From the NCBI RefSeq assembly GCF_009914755.1, contig NC_060928.1: 64,000 nucleotides of DNA. One strand, 5' to 3'. The notes under the pieces are model-generated. The model saw only the letters and a list, made by a program, of their open reading frames with translations, was not told where the DNA came from and did no database searches. The position numbers and the translations under genes are program-made. Of this stretch, positions 1 through 23,491 are shown piece after piece (the stretch's first letter is position 1; the number at the start of each line of letters is the position of its first letter). This DNA is from the human T2T-CHM13v2.0 reference genome, Homo sapiens.

Positions 1-739
<739 letters not shown>

Positions 740-1089
740 CTATTATTTTTGGTGTATTGAATACCATATGATTTCTAAAACCCTTACTATAATAGTTCAG
801 ATATGAATCCAGGAAAATGATTGTGTATCATATTATCATCATCTCATTCCCACCAGATACAAACTAGCCAATGATTCTGCAATATCACTCAATTTTACTG
901 GGTTAGTGAACCTTAGATTTCCAAAGTGAACTATACATTTCTTTAGCTGTAATTTCTGTTTAATTTAAATGTTTATTTTCATATTTCATAATGATTTAAA
1001 TGTTTATTTTTGTATTATGAGTTAAAACTTAGTTTAATATACTCTTATAGTCAATGTTTATTATTAAGATTACTAGGTATTACCTTGTT

Positions 1090-2200
1090 CCAGTGGTCAA
1101 TTTTAGCATCACTGTTAGTGGGATGAGATAGTATGTGTTTCCTAATGTGATGCGAGATAAAATGTACACTATCATTCATTGTATTCTAGCCAAAAATCTT
1201 TAACTTGAATCTATGAAAACATTTACACTGAATTTCCAGTTTACAGGAAATACAAAGTTCAAATAATAAGCTAAATGAATTCATGAAGAAAGTATCAGAC
1301 CAATTCAGACTATGGTGTTTTCTACATTGATCTCTTTAGCAAGTCAGTGTCGTGGGAAAAAAGAAGGGGACAAGTCCAGATTTAAAGAGCATATCAATAC
1401 CACTTCTTCACTATTTCAAAGTGATCTTTGGCCACTTATTCTTACTCAGAACAAGAGAGCAGCTGTAGAGAGCTACAGAGAGCAGTTCTGTGTGAACACC
1501 TACATCAGCACCATCTCACCTGGGCACCACACTACAGCATTGCACTGTTTGCTAGCACTTCTCAACTCTTGTGTCCTGCCCAGAGTTTTCCTGAGACAAC
1601 GAGGCTTGAGATGCTTTTGCTTGCTGGGTGCCCTTGCATTTGTAACTCAGAAGTAAGGGGAGAAAGTGCTCCCAAGGAGCAAATCTTTGGCCAAAAGGAA
1701 ACAAGAACTAGCAGATAAATTCTTCCCTGTTTCTTGACTTTCCTGAAAGGCATTTGTTCATCCAACCTCTCAGAAGATGGCCCTAGAGGAACAATCAGTC
1801 ACCCTTGATATAAGTGGTGGTCGGTTTGGAACAGCACCCTCAAATTCACTCTACTAGTTTCCTTTCCTCCACTTCCCTTTTCCTTCACTCCTGCTGTCTT
1901 CGGACTGCGCTCTCTATAAAGTAGCAGCATATAAAATTTTGTTTCAAGCTGTGCTTTCCAGCTGAGGCACACATAGGGACATAACAACCTGATGCAAAGT
2001 GTGGTCCTAAAACATTTTAGAGAATAAATGGAAAAACTTGTATATGGACTGGGGTTTTAGATGATACTAAGGAATTATTCATTTTTTTATGACCATGTTA
2101 TTTTGGTATGCAGGAAGTTTTTTTAGACATGTATGCTGACATACTCAAAGGTGAAATCATACGCTTTAATTCACTTTAAAATACTTTAGCATTGACAAAA
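1090..2200 (+). mobile_element. Ancient L1ME-like fragments
   Basis: Degenerate L1M 3'UTR-like motifs (gtatatggactggggttttagatgatactaaggaattatt), interrupted by other sequence. Confidence 0.4.
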
Positions 2201-2444
2201 TAGAGTGAATATGTAAGATGTTTCTCTCTCTACAGCTTTCTAAGACTAGGCTAATGATATTAATCAGTGTCAAATTTTAATTTAGAGACAGGAGGCCCAA
2301 TACTGATTAAAAGTTAAATAGGATAAATTAATGTCAAATTTTATGTATTTTCCCTGCTTTCCAGTCATGTATCATTAATCGCAAATTTATAGAAATTTTT
2401 AAAAGAAGAAGGGTTTATTATTTTCATACATGTGAAAAATATAG

Positions 2445-4326
<1,882 letters not shown>

Positions 4327-4335
4327 AAGGGATCT

Positions 4336-5103
<768 letters not shown>

Positions 5104-6842
5104 CTATCAAAGCTAGAAGGAGACTAGGAAAATTGGAGAGTATTTTTCCTTGAAACACTACTTTGGGAACCTCAACCAAAAAGGGAAAAAGAAATAGATC
5201 TATTTATTTATAATGATAGTTACCATTTATTATGCACCTATCCTCAATACAGTCCTACAAAGTAAATATTAACAGCACTTGTTAAATCAGAAAACCAAGA
5301 TGCAGTGAAATTAAGTGGCATGCCCAAAGTCCAAAGCTAGTAGATTAGAATAAAGACTTAAGTCAGATTTCTAACTCCAAACCTCAGTCTCTTCACACTA
5401 CACCACATTGTAACACAGGATTATGTTCTTTACTCTCTTCCTTTCTTCCCAGAAGATAAATTGCTGTAATATAACATCGTATAAATTTATTCTTTTTTTT
5501 TTTTTTTGAGATTAGGTCTTGCTCCATCACCAGGCTGAGTGCAGTGGTGTAATCACACAACACTGCAGCCTCAACCTCTCCAGCTCAAGCACTCCTGCCT
5601 CGGCCTCCCAAGTAGCTGAGACTGCAGGCACATGCCACCACATCCAGCTAATTTTTTATTTCTTTTAGATATGGGGTCTTACTCTATTGCCCAGGCTGAT
5701 CTCAAACTCTTGGGCTCAAACAATCCTCCTGCCTCAGCCTCCCAAAGTGCTGGGATTATAGGCGTGAGCCACTGCACCTGGCTGAATTTTATTCTTAAAA
5801 GGGATTTAACTAGGAAGATAATAAAAATAGATAATAAAAAGATGACAAACTGTTAAACTATGATTTTTAAGCACTTTTAAACTTTCTCTTTTAACATTTG
5901 TTTGAATTTCATAAATACATTTATACTGTTTAATTATATTTTCCATTCTTTAAGATAAATTGAGGAGAATGCTCACAATTGCCATGAAATTTATTCAGTT
6001 CTTATGAAGATAATACCTATGAAAAAGGTTTACAAATCTGTAGTTCCCTATATGGATTTTAGCTATTATTATTTATTTCCATTTAAAACTTTGTCATATG
6101 GAAAAGTTAAAACACATGCGGAAGAAGAGATAATAGTATCATAAATCTGCATGTGCTTATCATCAGCTTCAAAAATTAACAACGCATGGCTGATCTTGTT
6201 TCATTTTTACATACTACTTCTGTCACCACCCACTCCCAGATCATCTTCAAGCAAATCCTTAGATAACTATATTAGTCATAGGAGTGAATGTTTTTCCCAA
6301 ATTAAAAAATTAGCAAGAATGTCCTGATGCACATCATTGATCAGACATACATTATGTGAAGTGCGGTCAAACAGACTTCAGCCTCAAAGTGTTGATACTC
6401 CTTTCCTGAAGTGTGTTTTTCCAAAGTCTGGAGGTTTCATTCTAGGGGAATGTCTTTCCTGGAGCCACTACAACTAGACAACTCTGATCAAGTGTCTTGA
6501 CTACACCTAAATTATTAGAGCAGAGACTGATGATAGTCAATTCTTTAATGACACTCTGGAATTTTTGTTAGGCTACCCAGCAAAACTATTACAGCTAATT
6601 GTGGCCATTTGTCTAAGTTCAAATGTGAGCAGAAGATATTTCGGCTGCTAGCAGGTCTTTTCCTTAAAAAAATTGGCATTCCTTCAACTTGTCCTTTCCT
6701 CCATTCTTTTGGCTGGGATGCAAAAGTAAGCCAGTTTGGACCCTGAAACAAACGCCGCATGTTGAAGATGGCAGTCTCTTTACCAGCCCAGAACTACCTA
6801 TCTTTGAACTGTTAGATGAAAGAGATATAAATATCTATCTTG

Positions 6843-8952
<2,110 letters not shown>

Positions 8953-9713
8953 TAGTTTTTGGAAATGAAAATAAAAATCACTATCATCTCAAAAAAATTG
9001 AAAAGATGCATATTTGCTCAATTCCAATGCATGATCTTGCCCGATCCTTCTTTGTTAACTGGTTGCTGTGAGTAGATATTTTTAGAACTATCATATTTTC
9101 TATTTGAAATTTAGTTTCATTAGCTTAGACCTGAATAAGAGGTAGAGTTCGAGTTGCAGCAATGTTGATATGCTCCGTTAATACAATGTGTGTTTTGTGT
9201 GAAAGCAACCTTGACTTTAGTTATGCCATTCCACTTAAAAAAAATAAAATGGTGTTTCTTTCATGCAGTTAAATAGAAACTTACAGACAGTCTCATATTT
9301 CATACAAAATGTAGGCCTGATTTTTCATTGACTTATTAGAACGTTTTAGTAAAGTAAAATTAAGATGAATTTTTTGGAAGGTTAATGCTGAGTAGACAGA
9401 ACTCATCTATTGCTTGGTAGTCACTGGTCAGTTTTTTAAAAAGTAAAATTCTTATACTAAAAAGAGCTTATTACAAAATACACTCTCGAGCAAGAGAATA
9501 GAATTCTGTTAATATAGTGAAAAGTAAATAATCTGCTTTTCTCCTTTCAGTGTACCGTTTGATAAGAAGACTTGATTACTTTTGTCAGGAATGAGAAATA
9601 AATCCAGTTGTTGTTTTGCTTGTACTTTGTTATTTATATTCAAGAAAGTGTTTTGAGTAATTTTAAAAGCCAGAAATTATAACCATATATTTTGTTTAAA
9701 GTAACTATAATAA

Positions 9714-10076
<363 letters not shown>

Positions 10077-11648
10077 AAGCAAGCCGTTTCTGAAATACAA
10101 CATTTTTTTCAGACAGGTTGATAATTATTAAGGAACACTGATTAATTTCCTTTAGTCCCTAAATATTTGAAATACCTAATGTGCTCTTGAAACCAACTTT
10201 TAAATTCTTATCTGCCCAGCCAACTGGATCCATTACAAAACAAAGGGGATAAATGAAGAGCTAAGCTAGACAACTAGTCTACCCATTATTTCATAATAAA
10301 CTGAGTAGGGAGCTTTAGGTTCTAATGCCACCCTAAAAAAAAAATGGGCTAGTGTAAGGGCTAGGCACAGTGTCACACTTGTAATCCCAGCACTTTGGGA
10401 GGCTGAGGTGGGTGGTTGGCTTGGGCTCAGGAATTTGAGACCAACCTAGTCAACATGGCAAGACCCTTGTCTCTACAAAAAAATAAAAAATAAAAAGGAC
10501 TAGTATAGTATGTTCCAAAATTTTAAACTCGAGGTCTTTTCCTTCAAATTAATCTCACACAAAACCTAATAAATACTTACTATAAAATAGATAGATAAGG
10601 AGTTTTCCCTTGGTAGTCCATGTGTCAAAGTAGGTATGGTGGCAGAATTCCCACACTATGAGTTCCTTCCCCAGCAACTTCGGCTGACCCTAGGATAGTG
10701 TTTCTGAAAATCTGTTCCCTAGATTCTGTCCCTCAGAATCAAACTTACTGAAGTACTACTGTTTTACCCTGGCCAAATGTCAAGAAGATACTATATCATA
10801 TGATGGTGTATTGAGGACTAACAAATAATGAAAGTTTGCTGAAATTTTTCCCACCTCAATTTTCCACTGAAAAACACCTGGTTCACTGGAAATAGCAGTG
10901 TTATATTACCAACCAGATATCTTTTGTCATCTGTGTTTATGTCTTAAGCGAAAAATGAATAATGCAGCCATTTATCCATGAGAGTCTAAAATAAATGTTT
11001 TATCTTCATAGCATAGAAAAGAGAATTAGCTGGGCATGCCTGTAGTCTCAGCTTCTCAAGAGCCTGAGACAGGAGGATTGCTTGAGCCCCGCAGTTCGAG
11101 ACCAGCCGGGGCAACACAGTGAGACCTCATCTCGAAAAATAAATAAATAAAAATGCTGCCAAGAAAAATGAATTAAAAGTTGAATATCAGTGCTGATGGT
11201 ATAAAGAAATGGGCTAAACTAACAATAGAGACAATTAAATTATACTTCGCAAATCTAAATGGGGTGATTACAAAGTAGTAGTAAAGCTTATTTTAATACA
11301 GTCTATCATTACAGCTTCTTTTTAAATTACAAACCTGGTAACCTAATGCTTTAAAAAACACCATTGTTCTTCACTGCTCATCAGATCAAGCTAAGATTAT
11401 TACTTAGGCTACAAAATTGGTCATGATCTAGTTCCAAGTAGATCTCAGTAGCCTTGATCCCTGCTGATCTGTACTATGTGCACTATGTCCACTGGCACAG
11501 AACTCTAAACTATTTTCTGAAGAGAAGCTTCTCGTTATTTTCTTTTTTCATGCTGTAAAAGGAGTACATGCACCATCAGAAAATGCTAAAAGAAGAAAAT
11601 GAAAATCATTCCATAATATCATCACTGTTAACAAAGTGGTGTTTTACC

Positions 11649-11888
11649 TTGAAGAAGGAGGAACGGAGCCATGAGCCAAGGAATGCAAGTAGCCTCCAGA
11701 AGTTAGAAAATGCAAGGAAACTTTCAGGTCATCTTGTAGAGGCACCAGAAGAAACACAGCCTGATGACACCTTGATTTTAGCCCAGTTAAACTCATTTTG
11801 GATTTCTGACCTCCAGAATTGTAAGATAATAAACTTAAGTCACCAAGTTTATAGTAATTTGTTACAGCAGCAATTGGAAACTAATACA
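11649..11888 (+). mobile_element. MLT1 (MaLR) LTR 3' half
   Basis: gccatgagccaaggaatgca...ctgatgacaccttgattttagccc...gaaactaataca. Confidence 0.75.
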
Positions 11889-11914
11889 ACACTGTATGAA
11901 ATTTAAGGCACAGC

Positions 11915-14756
<2,842 letters not shown>

Positions 14757-16050
14757 TAAGTACATTTTTAAAGGAACAAATCATCCTATACTCTTCTCCA
14801 GCCCCAAAGAGCTACAAAGAAATGGACCAAGAAAGGAGGAGTGTTCATGATAATCTTGAATCACCAAAAAGGCATTTAACTAACTTCATTCAGTCAATGA
14901 ATATTTACTAAGGAGGCTCAATATACTGTGTGCTAGACCTGCCCCTGTTGGTCTGATCCCCTCAAGGACCTCTTGGTTTGATACGGAAAACTTCAAATCC
15001 TTCAAACATAACGTAATAAATATTGTAATAGATGATAGAAGTAGGAAAGAAAATAACATGAAGGAATGATTTGCAGAAATTATAGTTGAATTAAATGAGT
15101 ATTAAAAGTTCAGAAGGGACTTGCTTTTCCGTATGGGGAAGAAAACATTCTGGACGCATATGAAGGGGTAAAAAAGGCATAGCATGTTCCAGACATTATG
15201 AAAATTCCAGGTATGTACTGGGGAAGAGTTGGATAAGAGGGAGACCCAGAAAAATAAGGTGGGGCCTTGTAGGACTTGCGAAGGGGTCTGACTGATATCT
15301 GGAGTCATGTTTTTTTATTGCAGGAAATAGGGAAAAAAGATCCACATTATTGGATGGTTTTGTGGGACTCACAAAATCAGCAGGAGGCTGAGGCTAAGAC
15401 TTGGAAAGCAGAAAGACGCCAAGGAACTCCGTCAGGTCAAAAAACACAAAATACACCAGCCGTTTTTCAGTCAGAACAGACTGGCCACTGTGGCATGCTT
15501 CTGCAGATTCCCATGAACAGATCTAAGTGTCCCTTGGCTTCAGTGGAGCTGCCTCCAGAGTCAGTGCCCAGGGCAGGAGGATCCAATTTCTTTCCTCTTC
15601 AGGTTTCATAGTAAAAGATGGGTCGCTGAATCCTACCAAAACCATACACAATGGCAGATTTCCCCAAAACAGGAAAGGGGAGTTGGTTAATAGCCACAAA
15701 AACAAAATAAAACAACAAATACAGAATTTTAAACAGGCAGTGACAAGATCAGATTTACAAACTAATATCGTTTGGCTGTGTCCCCACTTAAATCTCATCT
15801 TGAACTGTGTAGTTCCCATAATCCTCACGTGTTGTTGGAGGGATCTGGTGGGAGGTTATGGAATCATGGGGGCGGTTACCTCCATGCTGTTCTTGTAATA
15901 GTGAGTGAGTTCTCACGAGATCTGATGGTTTTACAAGGGGCTTCCCCCAATGCCTACCCCCCGCCCCCACCCCCCCCCGCCCTCCCCAGCCATGTTGAAC
16001 TGGGAGTCAATTAAAGCTCTTTCCTTCATAAATTACCCAGTCACGGGTAA

Positions 16051-16243
16051 TTTTTTCTTTTTTGGAATTTTAAAGTTTTTTATTTGATACATAATATTTG
16101 TACATATTTTTGGGGCACATCATGTAATATTTTGTTACATGCATAGGATGTGTAATGACCAAGACAGAATATTTAGGGTATCCGTCACCTCCAGTATTTA
16201 TCACTTCTTTGTGTTGGGAATATTTCAAGCCTTCTCTTTTAAC
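16051..16243 (-). mobile_element. L1MA4/5-like 3' terminal fragment
   Basis: tgatacataatatttgtacatatttttgggg...gtgtaatgacc...tatccgtcacctc...ctttgtgttgggaa matches the recalled L1MA 3' end. Confidence 0.7.
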
Positions 16244-16244
16244 A

Positions 16245-16402
16245 TTTATTTTACTTTATTTTAAGTTCTGGGGTACATGTGCAGAATGTGCAGGTTTGTT
16301 ACATAAGTAAACATATGCCATGGTGGTCTGCTGCACCTACCAACCCATCACCTAGGTATTAAGTCCGGCATGCATTAGGTATTTTTCCTGATGTTCTCCC
16401 CA
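16245..16402 (-). mobile_element. L1PA (about PA8-13-like) 3' terminal fragment
   Basis: ttaagttctggggtacatgtgcagaatgtgcaggtttgttacata...cctaggtattaag. Confidence 0.8.
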
Positions 16403-16529
16403 CTCGTGTATGTCTTTATTAGCATCATCAGAATGAACTAATACATATGTTCAACAGAAGATGTCTATGAAATAGCTTAAATGATACAAAAGAGCATACA
16501 CTGAAAAATATTCCTTTTTTTTTCTTTGA

Positions 16530-16670
<141 letters not shown>

Positions 16671-16957
16671 TAATTTTTGTATTTTTGGTAGAGATGAGGT
16701 TTCACCATGTTGGCCGGACTGGTATTGAACTCCTGACCTCAAGTGATCTGCCCGCTTCGGTCTCCCAAAGTGCTGGGACTAGGCTGGGCGCAGTGGCTCA
16801 CGCCTGTAATCCCAGAACTTTGGAAGGCCAAGGCTGGCAGATCACCTGAGGCTAGGAGTTGGAGACCAGCCTGGCCCACATGGTGAAACCCCTTCTCTAC
16901 TAAAAATACAAAAATTAGCTGAGCATGGTGGCACCTGCCTATAATCCCAGCTTCTCA

Positions 16958-17367
<410 letters not shown>

Positions 17368-17643
17368 TAGACTGGTCTTGAACTCCTGACTTCAGGTGAT
17401 CCACCTGCTTTGGCCTCCCAAAATGCTGGGATTACAGGCGTGAGCCACTGCACCTGGCCAATCCCTAAGTTTTCTTGCATAATTGAGAGCATATATATTT
17501 CTATGTATTTTACCATTTTGGTTGCTAGATAAATGGGATATTGACTATTTTATATTAATTTTATCTCCAGCAACTCTCGTGAATTATATAGTTGCTTATA
17601 ATAGTTGTTCAGTTGATTCTCTTCAGTTTATCAATCTGCTTGG

Positions 17644-18106
17644 TGTGGTAGGCAGAATAATCGTCCCCTATAGGTGTCCATATCTTTATCTCTGGAACCT
17701 GTGATTATGTTGCTACTTTATATGGCAAAAGGGATTTTTTCAGATGTTATTAAAGTATGAATCTTGAGATAGGGAGATTGTCCAGTTTTGCTTGGGTAAG
17801 CCTAATGTAATCACAAGAGTTCTTAAGAGATGGAAGAGAGAGGCAGAAGAACCAGAGAAGAGGCAATGATGGAAGCAAAGATTGGAATGATGTGGTGCCA
17901 TCAGCCAAGAAGTTTAGGCAGCCTCTCTAAAGTGGAAAAGGCTAGGAAATAGATTCTCCTCTAGAGCCTCCAAAATACAACCCTGACAACACCTTGATCC
18001 TAGCCCAGTGACACTCACTTCAGATTTCTGACCACCAGAATTATAGGATAATAAATTTGTATTGTCATAATCCACTGAATTTGTGGTAGTTATAGGAAAC
18101 TAATAT
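17644..18106 (+). mobile_element. MLT1D-like LTR
   Basis: tgtggtaggcagaataat...ggcaaaagggattt...cttgagatagggagatt...ggaaactaata. Confidence 0.8.
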
Positions 18107-18165
18107 GTGGTCTTTCAAATACCTCCTCTACCTTATTTTTTTAAATTAGCAATAGATTCCTGTAT

Positions 18166-18272
18166 TTCCTTCCTTCCTTCCTTCCTTCCTTCCTTCCTTC
18201 CTTCCTTCCTTCCTTCCTTCCTTCCCTCCCTCCCTCCCTCCCTCCCTCCCTGCCTTCCTTCCTTCCTTCTTT
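18166..18272. repeat. (CCTT)n(CCCT)n(CCTT)n microsatellite at an Alu tail
   Basis: Read directly. Confidence 0.95.
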
Positions 18273-18350
18273 GTTTTTAATAGAGCAGGGCTTCACTATG
18301 TTGCCCAGGCTGGTCTCAAATTCCTAAGATCAAGTGATCCTCTAGATTTA

Positions 18351-18629
<279 letters not shown>

Positions 18630-18865
18630 CTAGGGAGGCAGAGGTTGCAGTGAGCTGAGATCATGCCACTGCACTCCATCCTGGGTGACAGAGTGAGACT
18701 TCATCTCAAAAAAGGAAAAACAAAATAGAAAAAGATAATATAAAATCAATTCATATAGATTTGCCTCATTTATTTGCAGCTGCAGAATATTCTGTTTATG
18801 TATTTTTCCTACCTTTAAAAATTGTATTGCGTTCCTTGTTTTGTTGTTTTTTTTCTTTTTTTTGA

Positions 18866-19175
<310 letters not shown>

Positions 19176-21136
19176 TAAAAAAATTGTATTGTGGTTTTTT
19201 TCTTGTTGAATTATGAATTGTTTGTACAGCAAAGAAATAAGCACTATATCTGTAGTTGTCGCAAATGTTTACACCAATCTGTAGATCTTAACATTCTGTT
19301 ATTACTATTTTTTATTATTGACTTTTTTTCATTTATTAAATTTATCAATATCTTATGTGTACATCTGTGTGGATTCTGGAGTTATGTCTAGCCTAGAAAG
19401 GCTTTCTTCCTGAGATTATTAAAAAATTCTTCTCCTTTTTCCTAGCATTTTCATGAGTTTGATTTTTTTTTTTGAGATGGAGTATTACTCTGTTGCCCAT
19501 GCTGGAGTGCAATAGCGCAATCTCGGCTGACTGCAATCTCTAACTCTTGTGTTCAAGCGATTCTCCCACCTCAGCCTCCGGAGTAGCTGGGATTACAGGT
19601 GCATGCCACCATGCCTGGCTAATTTTTTTGGTATTTTTTAGTAGAGACGGCCTTTCACCATGTTGGCCAGGCTGGTTTCAAACTCCTGAACTCAGGTGAT
19701 CCACCTGCTTTGGCCTCCCAAAATGCTAGGATTACAGGCATGAGCCACTGTGCCCGGCCATGAGTTCGATTTTTATTCATAAGAATTGATTTGGTTCCCT
19801 ACCTGAATTTCTTATGCCAGATTAAAATCCAAATGGTCCAAAGATTTATTAATAAAATTCATAAATGCAAAAGTCTTGGTTCTCTACCTGAATTTCTCTA
19901 CACCAAATTAAATTCCAAATGGTTATTCATAAATCTTTGAATGACTGGGTTTTTTTTTTGTTGTTGTTGTTTTGTTTTGTTTGAGACAGAGTCTCACTCT
20001 GTCCCCCAGGCTGGAGTGCAGTGGGGCAATCTCAGCTTACTGAAACCTCTGTTTCCCAGGTTCAAGTGATTCTCCTGCCTCAGCCTTCGGAGTAGCTAGG
20101 ATTACAGGCATGTGCCACCACACCTGGCTAATTTTTGTATTTTTAGTAGATAGGGGTTTCGCCATATTGGCCAGGCTGGTTTTGTACTCCTGATCTCAGG
20201 TGATCTCCCAAAGTGATGGGATTACAGGTGTGAGCCACCACACCCGGTCTGTCTTTGAACCATTTGGAATTTAATTTGGTGTAAGAAATTGAAGTAGGAA
20301 ACCAAGACTTTTCAGAGAGCTCTCCAGTTGTCCCAGCATCATTTACTGAATACTCTATTATTCTTGCATTTTTCTTTTTAAATATTTTACATTTATATTT
20401 ATAAGGATGGGGTCTTGCTATCTTGCCAAAGCTGGTTTTGAACACCTTGTCTCAAGTGATCCTCCTGCCTCGGCGTCCCAAAGTGCTGGAATTACAGGTT
20501 TGAGCAAGTGTGCCCAGCTGGATGATTTGATCCTACATGAGTTAGATAGAACTGGGTTCAAATTCTAGATTCACTGCTTACTACTGGTCTTGTGCAAGAT
20601 GTGATTTAATTTCCTCATCCATAGGACTAGGCCAATAACCATCTGCCTCATAGCGTGGTGAGAAGTGAATGAGATGTACAGTCTTGCAAGAAAACTGGCA
20701 GAAAATTACATACAGGACAGAAAATAAATATTGGTTCCCCTCATTTCCTGAAGATTCTGTGGTCTCCTTTAGGCATTGGCTTAGATGCTCATATGCGTCC
20801 ATGATTATGCAAGCTCTTTATGAGCACTGGCAGGAAAGGCAGCCAAGGCTGGCCCTAGGGTATCACAGGGAACAAAGTGCTGCTTTCAGTCCTATCCAGA
20901 GTAACCACATGGGTCTCCTGTGAGGAACTGGCCTTTTGAGCCATGTTGTGTGGCCCGGTAAGGGTTGTTGATTATCCAGAGATGATTTATGGAAATTACT
21001 AGCATGATGGTCCTGTGACAGTGACTCTGATAGATGATGCAAGTCCCTGGAGGTTGCCAGAAGGAGGAAGGACGCAGGGGAGAAGTGGGAGGATTCGTTC
21101 TTAGAAACAGCGTTGTGGGCCGGGCGCAGTGGCTCA

Positions 21137-21649
<513 letters not shown>

Positions 21650-21910
21650 CTAATTTTAGATGCGTCATTTGGCTATGCGGTCATTGAGTTTACAGCTAAA
21701 GGCTGTACTTTAATTATTCATAGTACCTCCTACAGGACTGAATTTGTGATTCTGTGTTATCAACTGAAGCACACAGTTCAAATGAGCATTGGAACTATTG
21801 TCTGCTTAGTAATCAGAGAGCTTTTGTCTTTATGCTGTGATTCCAGAATTTGTCCCCTACTTGATTCCTGATACCTTGATCTTTTAAAAAATACTCCTCA
21901 AGAAGGCTTG

Positions 21911-22251
<341 letters not shown>

Positions 22252-22740
22252 TCATGTCATAGTTAGGGATAATTAAAATGCAAATACAACTAGGGAGTTT
22301 ATACACTGACATATTTAGAATATCCCTTCCCCACTAGAATGTAAACTTCTTAGGGGAGGAACTTGATTTTGTACGCTATTATGTCCCCAGTGTATACTTA
22401 CACAAGTGGTGTACAGTTCGTGCTTAATAAATATTTGTTGAATGAACGAGCAAATGAGAGTCTATATTAATGTGCCAACTATTGCAGTAGTCAGCATTTC
22501 GTCTACACTTTTTTTTAATGCCTTTACACATTTTAGGCTTTATACATGCTGCGTCCTCTTTCTGCAACGCCTTTTCTCTGTCTTTTTACTCCTCCATCGC
22601 CTCTTCTAAACCTGGAGAAGGTATAATAATCCTTTAAAACTCCCCTTGTTTTGGTAAAACACTCCTTGATCCTTATCTTCCTCCTCAAATCAATCCTTTT
22701 TTAAAAAATAAAAATCAGCTGGGCTCCTGTAGCCTTTTGA

Positions 22741-22881
<141 letters not shown>

Positions 22882-23172
22882 TAGCTAATTTTTGTATTTT
22901 TAGTAGAGACGGGGTTTCACCATGTTGGCCAGGCCGGTCTTGAACTCCTGACCTCAGGTAATCTACCTGCCTCAGTCTCCCAAAGTGTTGGGATTACAGG
23001 CGTGAGCCACTGTGTCTGGCCTCCTGTAGCCTTTTGTGTATAATCCTGTTATAAAAGGAATCATTTTGTCCTGTAATGATTTGTTTACATGTCAGCCTCT
23101 GCCATTAGAAGTGAGTTCTTTGTTGGCTGGGCGCAGTGGCCGAGGCAGGTGGATTATGAGACCAGGAGTTCA

Positions 23173-23491
<319 letters not shown>

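Larger units (their letters stand above)
15763..16445 (+). mobile_element. THE1 (MaLR) LTR interrupted near its 3' end by a composite L1 insert (16051-16402)
   Basis: Starts taatatcgtttggctgtgtcccc; reaches aattacccagtcacgggta; resumes gtatgtctttattagca...actaataca. Confidence 0.85.
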
